The translations under genes were made by a program, and so were the position numbers. The notes below the pieces were generated by a model. It had not been told where the DNA came from. It was given only the letters and a program-made list of their open reading frames with translations, and did not search any database. A stretch of DNA of 63,984 nt, filler included, from Acidimicrobiia bacterium (GTDB taxonomy: Bacteria; Actinomycetota; Acidimicrobiia; Spongiisociales; CAZKJJ01), in the NCBI GenBank assembly GCA_046759765.1. It is 8 parts of 8 records of this genome, joined end to end, with 100 filler letters (N's around TTAATTAATTAA, not from the genome) between each part and the next. Parts side by side here need not be neighbours in the genome. Positions count along the whole stretch, not along the records: positions 17,899 to 26,647 come from JBHICV010000104.1; positions 26,748 to 35,446 come from JBHICV010000105.1; 6 more parts are not named here. The stretch is one strand, 5' to 3'. Shown here in pieces: positions 17,899 through 28,658 of the stretch; position 1 is the stretch's first letter, and each line of letters begins with the position of its first letter.

Positions 17899-18689
17899 TG
17901 TTCGGTTCGATCATCGCCTACACCGCCTACATCTATCTGCTGCGGACGGTTCGTCCCGCGCTGGCCACGAGCTATGCATACGCCAATCCGCTGGTCGCAG
18001 TCCTACTCGGCGTTACTCTCGGAGGAGAGATACTGACGGGTCCGGTCTTCCTCGCCCTGCCCTTGATTCTGCTCGGTGTTGCCATCGTGGCCCTCGCTCC
18101 CAACCCGGCTCCCAAGCCCGTGCAGAAGGCCGCCCCGGCGACCCCTACCTTCTTGATCACAGATGTGGAGGCGTCGACGCGGCTGTGGGAAGACCATCCC
18201 GAAGCAATGCATTGGGCCATGGCTCGCCATGACGAGATCCTGCATCGGGCGCTCGGAGAGAACTGCGGACGGATCTTCTCAGTGGCCGGTGACTCCTTCG
18301 CCGCGGCCTTCGACCGAGCCGACGAAGCGCTTTCCGCTGCGGTTAAGACCCAGACGTTGCTGGCCTCAGAGGACTGGGGACCCGCCGAGATTCGAGTGCG
18401 GATCGGCATTCACAGCGGCGACGCCAAGGAGCGAGACGGCCGCTATTACGGCCAGGCCGTGAATCGGGCCGCTCGCCTCGCCGATGTCGCTCACGGAGGC
18501 CAGAGCGTGTTGTCCTGTTGCACCCGGGAGCTGCTCTTGCGGGTTCCCGAGGGAACCGATGTCATCGATCTGGGCAAACATCGGCTCCGAGATCTTCAAC
18601 ACCCTGAGCGGATCTACCAGCTGACGAGCACAGGTCTCGAAACCGAGTTTCCTCCGCTCAGAAGTATTCCGAGGCCTGCTGTCGCCTGA
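17899..18689 (+). CDS. EamA/YedA-like DMT transporter fused to a class III cyclase domain, 5'-partial
   Basis: Frame from 17901 reads FGSIIAYTAYIYLL...ATSYAYANPLVAVLLG and continues without a stop into TFLITDVEAST / AGDSF / RIGIHSG / VNRAARL. Confidence 0.82.
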
Positions 18690-18776
18690 GCTCGGAGGCT
18701 CACGAGTCCCCTTTTGCCAGATCGAGTACGCATTGCGTAGTCTCCCTGCGCCAGGACCGAGCCCGAAAGGAGCAAG

Positions 18777-19496
18777 ATGGGCACCGAGAGTTACGAAGTC
18801 TTCATGGCGACCTTCCCCGACACGGAAGGTGCATCCGGAGCGGTATCAACGCTCGAAGACATGGCCAAGCAGGGTTCGATCGACATTGTCGACGCGGCGG
18901 TTATCACCCGTGCCGAGGACGGCAAGACGAGTGTTCAGCAGCACTCGCTGCCCAGTATCAAGAAGTGGACGAAGCGCGGCGCCATCATCGGTGGCGTGGT
19001 CGGAGTCATCTTTCCGCCATCGCTGATTGGCGGAGCCCTAGTCGGAGCCGGCATCGGCGCCGGGGCGGCGAAGATCGGCAAGGAGGCCCTCAAGAGCGAC
19101 GAGCTGGAGCAGGCAGCCTCGGAGCTCGAGCCCGGCACCTCGGCTTTCGTCGCCGTGGTCGAGGACAAGTGGGTTCAGGAAGTCACCAATGCGATGGCCG
19201 GCTACAGCAAGCTGGCCGAGCAGGCTCTGGACGCCGATTCAGCGGCCAGGCTGGGCATTATGGCGGACGAAGAGTCCGGCGCGGTGGCGATGTCCGGAGA
19301 CGCGTTCGAAGTCGATCCGGAGACTGGCGAGGCTGCCGCGGCGTCCTTCGATGTTGTCTCGGACCCCGAGTCCGGCATCACAGCCGCATCCGGCTCGGCG
19401 GCGGCGATCGATCCTTCCGAGGGAACGGTGGAAGCAGCCGCGTTCGAGGCAGTTGAGGTGGACGCTACCGAGGACACGGACGAAGAGAAAAAGTAG
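18777..19496 (+). CDS. DUF1269 family membrane protein with acidic tail
   Basis: IVDAAVI, Gly-rich TM, LEPGTSA motifs; AAGGAG RBS. Confidence 0.8.
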   Translation: MGTESYEVFMATFPDTEGASGAVSTLEDMAKQGSIDIVDAAVITRAEDGKTSVQQHSLPSIKKWTKRGAIIGGVVGVIFPPSLIGGALVGAGIGAGAAKIGKEALKSDELEQAASELEPGTSAFVAVVEDKWVQEVTNAMAGYSKLAEQALDADSAARLGIMADEESGAVAMSGDAFEVDPETGEAAAASFDVVSDPESGITAASGSAAAIDPSEGTVEAAAFEAVEVDATEDTDEEKK

Positions 19497-19554
19497 GTCG
19501 ACTCAGTCCGACGGGGGGGCCCGCCCATCCCGGCGGCCCCCTCTTATGTCCCGG

Positions 19555-20541
19555 TCAATCTCTAGCCCCGGGCTGCGGGAAGAGACGATCGATGCCGGTC
19601 GCTTGCCGCCACTTCTCGGTGCGGGCAAGGGTGCCCTTCGCCACCGGGGTGCCGGTGGCATCGGCGATCCGATTCATCATCTCGAAGTTCCCAAGCACGC
19701 CAGCCGCGTCGACCAGCCCGGCCGGCCCGATTCCGGCTATCACCTCTGCGCGAGCCGCCGTCACCGCCTCGTTGTTCCGGCTGATTACCGCATCCACCAG
19801 GGCAATCAGCTCGCTTCCGCCGGGCACGAGCGGATCGACGTCCGGATCGGTTATGGCCTTCGGGTCTAGAGAGGCGTTGGTTGTTTCGACGCTCGCCCGG
19901 AGCATCAGGCTGTGGGCCAGCACTCAATAGAAGCATTCGTTGACGGCGGACGTACGAGCGGCCACTAGCTCCATCTGAGCCCGGGACAGGCCACCTACAT
20001 AGGCCAGGTCGCTCATCCCCTCGTAGGTGAGGTACAGCGGACCGTGTAGATCCTCCTGGGCGACCATCTCAGCTGGCACCAACGAGAGGGCATAGACGAT
20101 GCTCGCTCCCGACGTAGCGGGTACCCAACTGGGGTTGCGGCCGGCGCCGGGCTCCTCTTTCCGGGAGGGCTCGCCGGCCAGGGGCTCGGGGAGCGGCTCC
20201 AACGGGAGGCCGATTGCTCGATGGAACGAGTCGATCGCTGACAGGCGGGAGACTATGCCCACCAGCTCGACGTAGTGCTCGTCGCCGATCTCCCCGGCGA
20301 TCTCTTCGACCCAGGAACGGGTCGGTGAAGCGGGCCTGCGGGCGATGGTTTCGGCCGCCTCATTCGCCCGGGCCGGGATCTCAGCCGAGCTCTCCGACGT
20401 TCGCGCGGTCCGCGCTATGGCGACCCGCTCGGGACCGCTCCACCAGGTTCCGGGCGTTCGCAGACGATCCCAGTCGCGTTGGAAGGCCGCCTCGATGTCG
20501 GGCCGAACGGGAACGGGAGCCGAGTCGAATTCGAAGGGCAC
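19555..20541 (-). CDS. AhpD/carboxymuconolactone decarboxylase-like selenoprotein (NECFY-U-VLAH), 328 aa
   Basis: ELVAARTSAVNECFY followed by TGA 19924-19926; ORF 19555..19923 begins at the very next codon; CxxU..H matches AhpD CxxC..H; hairpin 19888-19906. Confidence 0.88.
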
Positions 20542-20657
20542 GGGGCGACGGTATCACCATGTTCGTTGGATGCCGTCACCCCTCGAAGCCCCTTGACTCC
20601 GGCCCGCACCCCACCCCAGATTACCACTCAGAGTGGTCAAGAGGGGCCCGCAAACGC

Positions 20658-20707
20658 GTTCCTGTCAATCGGAACAGCGTTTTCCGCCGCTTGGATTGAC
20701 AGGAAAC
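20658..20707. repeat. 50-bp dispersed palindrome, copy A
   Basis: GTTCCTGTCAATC-N23-GATTGACAGGAAAC. Confidence 0.8.
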
Positions 20708-20722
20708 CAGATGCAACCACTC

Positions 20723-21802
20723 TCAGAGGTCGACTTCGGCCAGCTTCCGGGCTTGCTCGTCCTCGCGGAGGGGGTTGATGAAGGCGTCGAGGTCGCCCTC
20801 CAGGATCTGCGGCAGACGCTTCAGGGTGAGCCCGATGCGGTGGTCGGTGACTCGGTTCTCCTTGTAGTTGTAGGTCCGTATCTTCTCGGAGCGCTCCCCC
20901 GTCCCGACCTGTTCCCGCCTGCTGTTGGCGATCTCGCCCAGCTGCTCGGCCCGCTGCAAGGCAAAGAGCTTGGCCCTCAACACTCGAAAGGCCTTGGCCT
21001 TGTTCTGGAGCTGGGACCGCTCGTTCTGGACCGCCACCACGATGCCGGTCGGCATGTGCGTCAAGCGCACGGCCGAGTCGGTCGTGTTTACTGACTGTCC
21101 TCCCGGGCCACTAGACCGATAGACGTCGATGCGCACATCGACGGGGTCGAGCTCAACGTCGACCTCTTCCACCTCGGGGAGGACGGCGACGGTAGCGGTC
21201 GAGGTGTGCACTCTCCCTTGCGACTCGGTTTTCGGGACCCTCTGCACCCGGTGGACGCCTGCCTCGTGTTTCAGCCGCGCGAAGGCTCCCTGTCCCTTAA
21301 CGGCGAACGTCACCTCTTTGAACCCACCGCCCTCCGACTCCGAGGCTTCCATCGGCTCGACTCGCCAGGTGTGGGCTTCGGCGTAGCGCTGATACATGCG
21401 AAAGAGGTCTGCGGCCCAGAGGGCTGCCTCGTCACCACCGGCGGCTGAGCGAATCTCCATGATCACGTCCCGTTCGTCAGCAGGATCGCTAGGTGTGAGG
21501 GCGAGCCTTAGCTCGTCCTCCAACCGGGCGGCCTGCGATTGCTTCTCCTCCGCCAGCTGTCTCAGCTCGGCGGCCAGCCCGGCGTCCGTTTCCGCACTGG
21601 CCAGCTCTTCCGCCTCTCCCGCTTCGCTCAAGGCCTCCTGATAGGCGCGGTAGCTGTCGACTATTCCACGCAGCTCAGCGTGGCGGCGGGCCAGCTCGGC
21701 GTACCGGTCCGGGTCCTGTAGGACATCGGGATCGGCGAGCCGCGCCTCGACCTCGGCGAAGGTGGCCTCGACCTCGGCGAGTCGCTCCATGAGAGCACTC
21801 AT
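20723..21802 (-). CDS. prfA: Peptide chain release factor 1
   Basis: HRVQRVPKTE (PxT), GPGGQSVN, IRTYN; ATG 21802 overlaps the upstream stop. Confidence 0.96.
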   Translation of the reverse strand: MSALMERLAEVEATFAEVEARLADPDVLQDPDRYAELARRHAELRGIVDSYRAYQEALSEAGEAEELASAETDAGLAAELRQLAEEKQSQAARLEDELRLALTPSDPADERDVIMEIRSAAGGDEAALWAADLFRMYQRYAEAHTWRVEPMEASESEGGGFKEVTFAVKGQGAFARLKHEAGVHRVQRVPKTESQGRVHTSTATVAVLPEVEEVDVELDPVDVRIDVYRSSGPGGQSVNTTDSAVRLTHMPTGIVVAVQNERSQLQNKAKAFRVLRAKLFALQRAEQLGEIANSRREQVGTGERSEKIRTYNYKENRVTDHRIGLTLKRLPQILEGDLDAFINPLREDEQARKLAEVDL

Positions 21803-22752
21803 GATTGCTCCAACACCGCTAAGGCCTCGGGCACGACCGGACCCCGAGACCGAAGCCCCTCGAGTTCGGTGTCGTCGAGCGCGAACAGGAGGCTGGTCAC
21901 GGCTACCTCGATCATCGGGTCCTCGGGCTGAGCCGTCGTCATGCGCTGCAACCACAAGCCCGGAGCGGCCAGGACTTTGCTCACCACGCCCGCCGGCTTG
22001 AAGGCGGCGAGCTTCAATACTTCGTAGGCAACGCCGGCGATCACCGGAATCAGCACGAGTCGGGACAAGACAAGCCAGAGAAGGCTGGGACCGGGCAGGT
22101 AGCCGAAGTCGCCGAAGAGGCTGAACACGACGATCGCCACTAGCAACACGATCAAGAGAAAACTGGTTCCGCAGCGTGGGTGCTCGGGTCGGTATCCACG
22201 GATGTCAGCAATCCCGAGGGGATCTCCGGCTTCGTAAGCGTGGATGGTCATGTGCTCGGCGCCGTGGTAGGCGAAGACCCTGCGGATTTCGCTCGAGCGG
22301 CCGATCGCCCATAGATAGCCAAGGAAGAGCCCAATACGTATGCCGGCTTCGACCAGGTGAAACCAGGGGGTGTCTGCGCCCAGTCCCAACCACCCGGTCG
22401 CCGCCACCGGTAGCAGCATAAAGAGCCCGGCGAAGATGACGAGCGCCAGCGTCATCGATACCGCGATCTGACGGCTGGAGAGGGGTTCTTCGTCCTCACC
22501 TGATGCTTTCTGGGCCGACCAAGACAGCGCCCGAAAGCCGAGCGTCAGCGCCTCCACCAGGACCAATGCCCCGCGAACGAACGGAACGCGTCCCCACCTC
22601 GACCGCGAAGAGAGGCGGGGTAGCTCGTGGGATTCCGCCTCGATCCGCCCACCTGGAGTTCGGCAAGCCACCGCCCAGCCGTGGGGAGCTCGCATCATCA
22701 CACCTTCGAGCACGGCCTGGCCGCCGATGGTGGCTCCCGGGGGACGGCTCAT
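21799..22752 (-). CDS. DUF1385 family (YqhQ-like) membrane protein
   Basis: IGGQAVLEGVMMR, YHGAEH, HPRCGTSF. Confidence 0.93.
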   Translation of the reverse strand: MSRPPGATIGGQAVLEGVMMRAPHGWAVACRTPGGRIEAESHELPRLSSRSRWGRVPFVRGALVLVEALTLGFRALSWSAQKASGEDEEPLSSRQIAVSMTLALVIFAGLFMLLPVAATGWLGLGADTPWFHLVEAGIRIGLFLGYLWAIGRSSEIRRVFAYHGAEHMTIHAYEAGDPLGIADIRGYRPEHPRCGTSFLLIVLLVAIVVFSLFGDFGYLPGPSLLWLVLSRLVLIPVIAGVAYEVLKLAAFKPAGVVSKVLAAPGLWLQRMTTAQPEDPMIEVAVTSLLFALDDTELEGLRSRGPVVPEALAVLEQS

Positions 22753-22770
22753 TTTGGACCGGTCGCCCGG

Positions 22771-23115
22771 CTAAAGATCGGCCGTTGCGTCCGCCTCGGC
22801 TTCAGCCGCGGTCTCGTCTACCGGCTCGCCTGCCTCGTCAGAAGTCTCCTCAGGCGGCTCGGCTTCCTCGGGCTGGGCAGCGGGGGTGTCTTCGGAAGCC
22901 TGCTCCGAGGTGAACGATGTCTTGCCATACCGTCGCTGGAACCGCTCCACCCTGCCTCCCGAGTCCACGAGCTTCTGCTTGCCCGTGAAGAACGGGTGGC
23001 AATCGTTACAGAGCTCGACATGAATATCGGCCTTGGTGGCGCGCGTCTGGAACGTGTTCCCACAGGAACACGTGACGGTCGCCTCTACGTAGTCGGGATG
23101 GATTCCGGTCTTCAC
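22771..23115 (-). CDS. rpmE: 50S ribosomal protein L31 (Zn-binding type) with acidic C-terminal extension
   Basis: [26 protein letters not shown]. Confidence 0.96.
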   Translation of the reverse strand: MKTGIHPDYVEATVTCSCGNTFQTRATKADIHVELCNDCHPFFTGKQKLVDSGGRVERFQRRYGKTSFTSEQASEDTPAAQPEEAEPPEETSDEAGEPVDETAAEAEADATADL

Positions 23116-23123
23116 TTCCTACC

Positions 23124-24581
23124 TCACATGGTGCTGTTCTTGGCTACCTGCGCCAGGAAATCGGCGTTGGACTTGGTGCCCTTCAACTGGTTTATGAAGA
23201 GCTCCAGACCGCTGTCCGATGCCGTGGAAGCGAGTGCCAGCAGCGCCCGACGCAGCTTCCACACCTGGCTCAGCTCAGTCTTGTCGAACAGCATCTCTTC
23301 CCTTCGTGTTCCCGAGGCGGGAATGTCCAGGGCGGGGTAGATACGCCGGTCGGCCATCTTGCGGTCGAGTTTCAGCTCCATGTTGCCGGTGCCTTTGAAC
23401 TCCTCGAAGATCACCTCGTCCATCTTGGAACCCGTTTCAACGAGTGCGGTGGCCAGGATCGTGAGGCTGCCGCCCTCCTCGATGTTCCTCGCCGCGCCGA
23501 AGAAGCGCTTGGGCGGGTAGAGAGCGGTTGAGTCGACTCCACCCGAAAGAATCCGGCCGCTGGCAGGCGTGGCCAGGTTGTGGGCGCGAGCGAGACGGGT
23601 GATCGAGTCGAGGAGAATGACCACATCGCTGCCGAGCTCCACGAGGCGCTTGGCCCGCTCGATCGCCAGATCGGAAACCTGGGTGTGCTCTTCGGCAGGC
23701 CGGTCGAAGGTCGAGAAGATGACTTCGCCTTTCACGGAGCGTTGCATATCGGTAACTTCTTCGGGCCGCTCATCGACCAAGACCACCATCAGGATGCACT
23801 CCGGGTTGTTGGCCGTCACCGATTGGGCTATCTCCCTCAGCACCGTGGTTTTGCCTGCCTTGGACGGTGAGACGATCAACCCCCGTTGGCCCTTGCCTAT
23901 AGGAGCGATCAGGTCGATGATCCGAGGCAGGATCTTCTCCGGGTGGTCCAGAAGCTCCAGACGGAGCCGCTCATCCGGGAACAGGGGCGTCAGGTCCGAG
24001 AAGCGGGGACGGCGCCGGGCGTCGTCGATGGTTACGCCATTGACGCGGTCGATCCGGGTGAGGGCAGCGAACTTTTCTTGAGAGCGAGGAGGCCGGATCG
24101 GTCCCGAGACCGTGTCGCCTTTCCTAAGACCGAACTTCCGGATCTGGCTAGCCGAGGTGTAAACGTCCTTGTCGCCCGGGATGTAGCCGGTGGCGCGCAG
24201 GAATCCGTATCCCTCCGGGAGAATGTCCAGGATGCCGTGCCGCTCTTCGAGCTCGCTCTCGTCATACTGCTCTGGGCGGCGTCCGCCACCCCGCCGTCGA
24301 CGGCCACCTTGACGGCTGCGGCCATCGCCGCCGTCGCCCGACCTTTGCTGGCTGGCTTCTTTGGTGTCCTTCTTGGCGCCGTCTCCGGATTCGGGCTTCG
24401 GCTCGACTTTCTCCGGTAGGTCGACGGGCGCGGGGTCGGCAGTGGCTTCGAAGCCGTCGGAGCTGAGGATCGCATCGATCAGCTTGGCCTTCTGCAGGCC
24501 TTCGGTTTCGATGCCGTGCTCTTTAGCGACGTCGCGGAGGTCTTGAATGGGCTTGCGTTGGAGTTCCGCTCTGCTGGTCAT
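23124..24581 (-). CDS. rho: Transcription termination factor Rho
   Basis: [33 protein letters not shown]. Confidence 0.98.
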   Translation of the reverse strand: MTSRAELQRKPIQDLRDVAKEHGIETEGLQKAKLIDAILSSDGFEATADPAPVDLPEKVEPKPESGDGAKKDTKEASQQRSGDGGDGRSRQGGRRRRGGGRRPEQYDESELEERHGILDILPEGYGFLRATGYIPGDKDVYTSASQIRKFGLRKGDTVSGPIRPPRSQEKFAALTRIDRVNGVTIDDARRRPRFSDLTPLFPDERLRLELLDHPEKILPRIIDLIAPIGKGQRGLIVSPSKAGKTTVLREIAQSVTANNPECILMVVLVDERPEEVTDMQRSVKGEVIFSTFDRPAEEHTQVSDLAIERAKRLVELGSDVVILLDSITRLARAHNLATPASGRILSGGVDSTALYPPKRFFGAARNIEEGGSLTILATALVETGSKMDEVIFEEFKGTGNMELKLDRKMADRRIYPALDIPASGTRREEMLFDKTELSQVWKLRRALLALASTASDSGLELFINQLKGTKSNADFLAQVAKNSTM

Positions 24582-24781
24582 GTCACCCTTCTCTCGGTGG
24601 CCATGGACTCGCTTTGGGATCGACGGCGAGCTTCAGAACTTGGACCCGTGTGACAGCTACGAGAGTGCCTGACTTCCCCGTCGAGGTTCTGAGAGGGCCC
24701 CTGCCGGCACGAAGCACGGCGAGGGGACTACGGATACAGGAGACATTGTAGGTCGAGTCGCGAAATGAACCAAGTACGAGC

Positions 24782-26062
24782 TCACCATGCTTTCTCGACC
24801 AGGCTGGCCAGTGAACCGATTCCACCGGTCACCGCCACACTGTTGTGTAGGAAGCCGACGTCGACCCCGAGCCGGTCGGCGTAAGGGACAACGACGTCGA
24901 CGGCGGCCGCCTTGATCTCAGTCAGAATCAGGTCAACGTCCTCGTTAGCGGCGAGGTCTTTCTTCAGTTCTTCCCGGTTGGAAAGGCTGTGAACGACAGC
25001 CGCCGAGATCGCGCCCTGCGCTTTCAGCTGCCGCGCCAGGGTCGGGCCGGTGACGGGCGGAGCGGTGGTCGCCGCCAGAATCTTTCGGTCATCTACTGCC
25101 ACGGTTGGCTCTAGCTCATAGTCCGCTCGGAAGACCGGCAGGTCGGGCCGAATCTCGGCAACGATCTCCTCGAGCTGTTCGTCGGGGTCTGGTTCGCCGA
25201 TCAGCACCAGCGCATCCGAGATGAGCAGCCGGTAAGGACCGAGATAGCCGCGGAGATACTCTGGGTCCAGCTCGGCCGAGGCGACCAACACGGTGACGTC
25301 GGCGAGGGCTGGAGGGATCGCCGTCCCGCTCCCCTCGTAGATGAGCAGTTCGGGATGCAGCCCCTCGGCCACGCTCACACCCAGGTGGAAGGTGTCATCG
25401 ATCGCCGCACCCGCGAGGCCTCCCCCACATCGTCGGGTGCCGACGGTGTCAACTCCCGCCAGGACTGCGTCTTCCGCGTAGTCAGAAGCCGCGTGGAGGC
25501 CTCGTTCTGCCAGCAGCCGGAGGCCTTCGGGGCTGCGGTCGAATTCGGCGGCGGTCAGGACGACCGGGTCCGGGGGGCCGCCTCTTCCCATTGTCACGAT
25601 GGCGACCTGCCGGCCGGCCGACCGCCAATGGCGGGCCAGTTCGATTGACAGGGCCGTCTTCCCGGTCCGCTTGCCGGTACCGATGATCGTCACGGTGGGC
25701 AGCTTGCTGAGCTGAGGAAATCGAAGTGGCTCGAGCCGGAAGTCGGCTCCCTCGTAGGGCACTGACCGGGCCAACGAAACGGCAGCCAGCCGCATGCGGC
25801 GCCGGTAGTCCAGGATCGGTTCGTCGCTGAGGTCGACGACGACCTCGGGCCGGTGAGTCTCAATGAGGGAGCCCAAGAGAGCCTCGTTGTCTTCCCCGGC
25901 CTCGACGGGAACCCCGAGGTCGAGCGGCCGGCCCACCTTCTCGGTCCCCCCGAGAAAGAGACCAGCCAGGGGCTCGTAGCCGCGCTCCCGGAGCCGCGCC
26001 ACGGCCGCTTCCACCACCGGTGGGTAGTGCTCCCCGTCGACGAGGACGAGGCAAGTAGGCAT
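24782..26062 (-). CDS. cpgS: Cyclic 2,3-diphosphoglycerate synthetase-like protein
   Basis: DGEHYPPV, GGTEK, DLSDEP, GTGKRTGKT, MGRGGP, HAASDY, RCGGGLAG, TEIKAAAVDVV. Confidence 0.85.
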   Translation of the reverse strand: MPTCLVLVDGEHYPPVVEAAVARLRERGYEPLAGLFLGGTEKVGRPLDLGVPVEAGEDNEALLGSLIETHRPEVVVDLSDEPILDYRRRMRLAAVSLARSVPYEGADFRLEPLRFPQLSKLPTVTIIGTGKRTGKTALSIELARHWRSAGRQVAIVTMGRGGPPDPVVLTAAEFDRSPEGLRLLAERGLHAASDYAEDAVLAGVDTVGTRRCGGGLAGAAIDDTFHLGVSVAEGLHPELLIYEGSGTAIPPALADVTVLVASAELDPEYLRGYLGPYRLLISDALVLIGEPDPDEQLEEIVAEIRPDLPVFRADYELEPTVAVDDRKILAATTAPPVTGPTLARQLKAQGAISAAVVHSLSNREELKKDLAANEDVDLILTEIKAAAVDVVVPYADRLGVDVGFLHNSVAVTGGIGSLASLVEKAW

Positions 26063-26071
26063 GTCGCGAGC

Positions 26072-26647
26072 CTAACTATCCCTGTCCCGGCCGCCCGCCG
26101 CGTTGAGCACGAGCTCTCGGACCAGGTCATAGTCGTTCCGGACATGCGTGATCCGCTCGGGGAGATCGAAGAGCTCTGCGAAGCGCTCCGGAAGAGCCGG
26201 CATCACCCCCGATGCGCGACCCACCGCCTCCGGGAATTTGGCCGGATGGGCGGTCGCCATGACCACCATGGGCCGGTCCGGGTCACGCTTCCCGCGGGCG
26301 GCCGAGAGGCCAACAGCGGTGTGGGGATCGATGAGACGACCATGCTCCCTTTGGAATTCGGCGATCTCGGCTGCGGCCTCCTCCTCATTTACAGCCTGGC
26401 CCTCGTACGTCTCCCTGAGCCTTGTCAACTGCTTTTCGGTAACGGTTAGAACGCCGTCGGAGGCGAGCTTCGCCATCGCCGCCGCTACCGGTTCAGGGTC
26501 GCGTCCGGTGGCTTCGAACAGAGCGCGCTCGAGATTGCTCGGCACCTGGATGTCCATCGCCGGACTCGTCGTAAGGACCGCCCGCTTGGCCTCCAGCGAT
26601 CCGGTTTCGAGCAGGTCGGCCAGCCCCCGATTGATGTTGGTGGCAAC
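26072..26647 (-). CDS. thrC: Threonine synthase, C-terminal part (cut by gap)
   Basis: SPAMDIQVPSNLER, DPHTAVG, ATAHPAKFPEAV. Confidence 0.9.
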   Translation of the reverse strand, partial: VATNINRGLADLLETGSLEAKRAVLTTSPAMDIQVPSNLERALFEATGRDPEPVAAAMAKLASDGVLTVTEKQLTRLRETYEGQAVNEEEAAAEIAEFQREHGRLIDPHTAVGLSAARGKRDPDRPMVVMATAHPAKFPEAVGRASGVMPALPERFAELFDLPERITHVRNDYDLVRELVLNAAGGRDRDS

Positions 26648-26747
26648 NNNNNNNNNNNNNNNNNNNNNNNNNNNNNNNNNNNNNNNNNNNNTTAATTAAT
26701 TAANNNNNNNNNNNNNNNNNNNNNNNNNNNNNNNNNNNNNNNNNNNN
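26648..26747. other. Artificial contig linker
   Basis: N run + TTAATTAATTAA + N run. Confidence 0.99.
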
Positions 26748-27641
26748 AACCGGCAAGTGCGGGTCGTTGGCCAGCAGCGGCATCCCCGAAGCCGACATGT
26801 CGCCGGAGATCGCCCAGTTGTTCGAGCCGATCTCCGCGCCCCCTTCGCCGAGGAGCGCGTCGAGGGCGCTGGTGTATTCGCCGACCTGAGCGAACAGCTC
26901 CGACAGGCCACCTTCGACAACAAGGTTCTCTGCCGTGGGGCCCTGTACCCCGGAGCCGCCGACGATGACCGGGTGTTTCGAGGGATAAGGCGGGTACAGC
27001 TGGTCGAGCTGCTGGGGAGTCAGGTCGGCTACGAGCATTGCCCGCTCGATCTCCGTGTCGAGGTTGGACCGCAGAAGCCAGGCCATGAACTTGCCCCAGG
27101 TGATGCTGTTCACGGGAGTCCAGGGCTCCGGCTCATAGCCCCAGTTGCTGAGCTTGAGAATGGCGTATTCGAAGCTGAGCTCCGCTCCACCGTGCTGCGC
27201 TAGATAGGCGTTGACGCCGTCCGTGTATGCCACCAGGGCGGCCTTGGTGGTCTCGTCGGCGGCCTCGAACTCCTTTTGAGCCAGTTGTTCCCAGCCCATG
27301 GTCCGGAGGAAGCGGTCAACGTCGAGTTGATCTGCTCCTAGCAGCTCGGCGACTCGGCCTGACCCGATATGTCGCCAGTAATCCATCTGCCAGAAGCGGT
27401 CCTGGGCGTGGACATAGCCTTGGGCGAAATAGAGGTCTTGCTCCGTGCTGGCGTAGATGTGCGGAACGCCCTGTGCGTCGCGCAATATCTCCACCGGTTG
27501 GCGGAGACCAGCCACCTCCAGATTTCCCTCCAGTTGTGGCCAGGATCGGCGGACGAGGATGAAACCCATCGCGCCGATGACCGCTCCGATCAACAGCAGG
27601 ATGAAGAGGAGGCGACCGATCGTACGACTCGTGGTGCCCAC
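26748..27641 (-). CDS. Penicillin acylase family (Ntn hydrolase S45), N-terminal part
   Basis: GVPHIYA, QGYVHAQDRFWQMD, GSNNWAI, LANDPHL. Confidence 0.93.
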
Positions 27642-27667
27642 GGAGGCACAGGCTACAACGGGACCGG

Positions 27668-28501
27668 CTATGTCAATAGGGTCTTCGCCAGCTCTTCTAC
27701 CTCCTCGAGGGCGGGCGGTGGATCCTCACGATCGGATGCGGCCACCAGCGCGCCGGCGGCTGCTGCTCGGCGGACCGTGTCCTCCAGGCTCCATGCCTCT
27801 GCCGTACCGAGGGCGCACATAGCGCCGAACGCGTCTCCGGCCCCCACCGCGTTTCGGGCCTGAACCGCAGGTGGCGTCAGCTCCCAGGTGTTTCCGGCTT
27901 CGAGGACCAAGACCGGTCGCGGCCCGTCGGTGATGATCACCGTCGGCAAGCTCGCTACTTCGGAGACGGCGTGCTCGTGTCTGGACCACACCACCACACG
28001 GCAGGCCTTGGCTGTTTCACGACTGACGTCCAAGCCGACTACGGGCACGCCAGAGTCGCCGGCCATGATGGCCAGCCGGTCACCTGCCTCGCGCGAGTAC
28101 CCGTCGACGACCACTGCTTTGGCGCGGGAAACGGTCTCCTCGCTGACGGTCGACCACTCCACTTCGCGGTAGCGAGAACCGATGATCGTCCGCTCGCCGT
28201 CCGGCGTGACGATGACAATCGTGTGCGGCGTCTCCGAATCGGAGCGTCGTTCGATGAGGGCGACATCGACCCCCCGACCCTCGAGATCGGCTAACAGCCA
28301 ATCGGCCAGAGGATCCTCCCCGAGGGTATGGCCGGCCAGTGCCGCCGCAGCACCCCAGGCGGCGAGACACACGGCGACGTTGGCTCCTCCGCCACCGTAC
28401 GTGAGAGCAAAGCTCTCTGCCGGAATGTCGTCTCCCGGCGACGGAAAGCGCTCGATGTTGTGGATCAGGTCGGGATTCACCGAGCCGTAGCAGAGGATCA
28501 C
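27668..28501 (-). CDS. PfkB family carbohydrate kinase (ribokinase-like)
   Basis: GSVNPDL, GGGGANVAV, VGAGDAF; probable GTG 28501. Confidence 0.88.
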   Translation of the reverse strand: MILCYGSVNPDLIHNIERFPSPGDDIPAESFALTYGGGGANVAVCLAAWGAAAALAGHTLGEDPLADWLLADLEGRGVDVALIERRSDSETPHTIVIVTPDGERTIIGSRYREVEWSTVSEETVSRAKAVVVDGYSREAGDRLAIMAGDSGVPVVGLDVSRETAKACRVVVWSRHEHAVSEVASLPTVIITDGPRPVLVLEAGNTWELTPPAVQARNAVGAGDAFGAMCALGTAEAWSLEDTVRRAAAAGALVAASDREDPPPALEEVEELAKTLLT

Positions 28502-28658
28502 GCGCAGCAGAATACGACCACCGTGCGGGGTAGGTACCACGCACCGCGCGGGGACCGCTAGCCAGTTGGGTGCCTCGCCGCTAGCGTTACGGCCCTCACG
28601 CCGGTCCTTCCGGGCTGGTTCATTGGATAAAGACTCATTCAAGGAGGAGCAAATAGAA

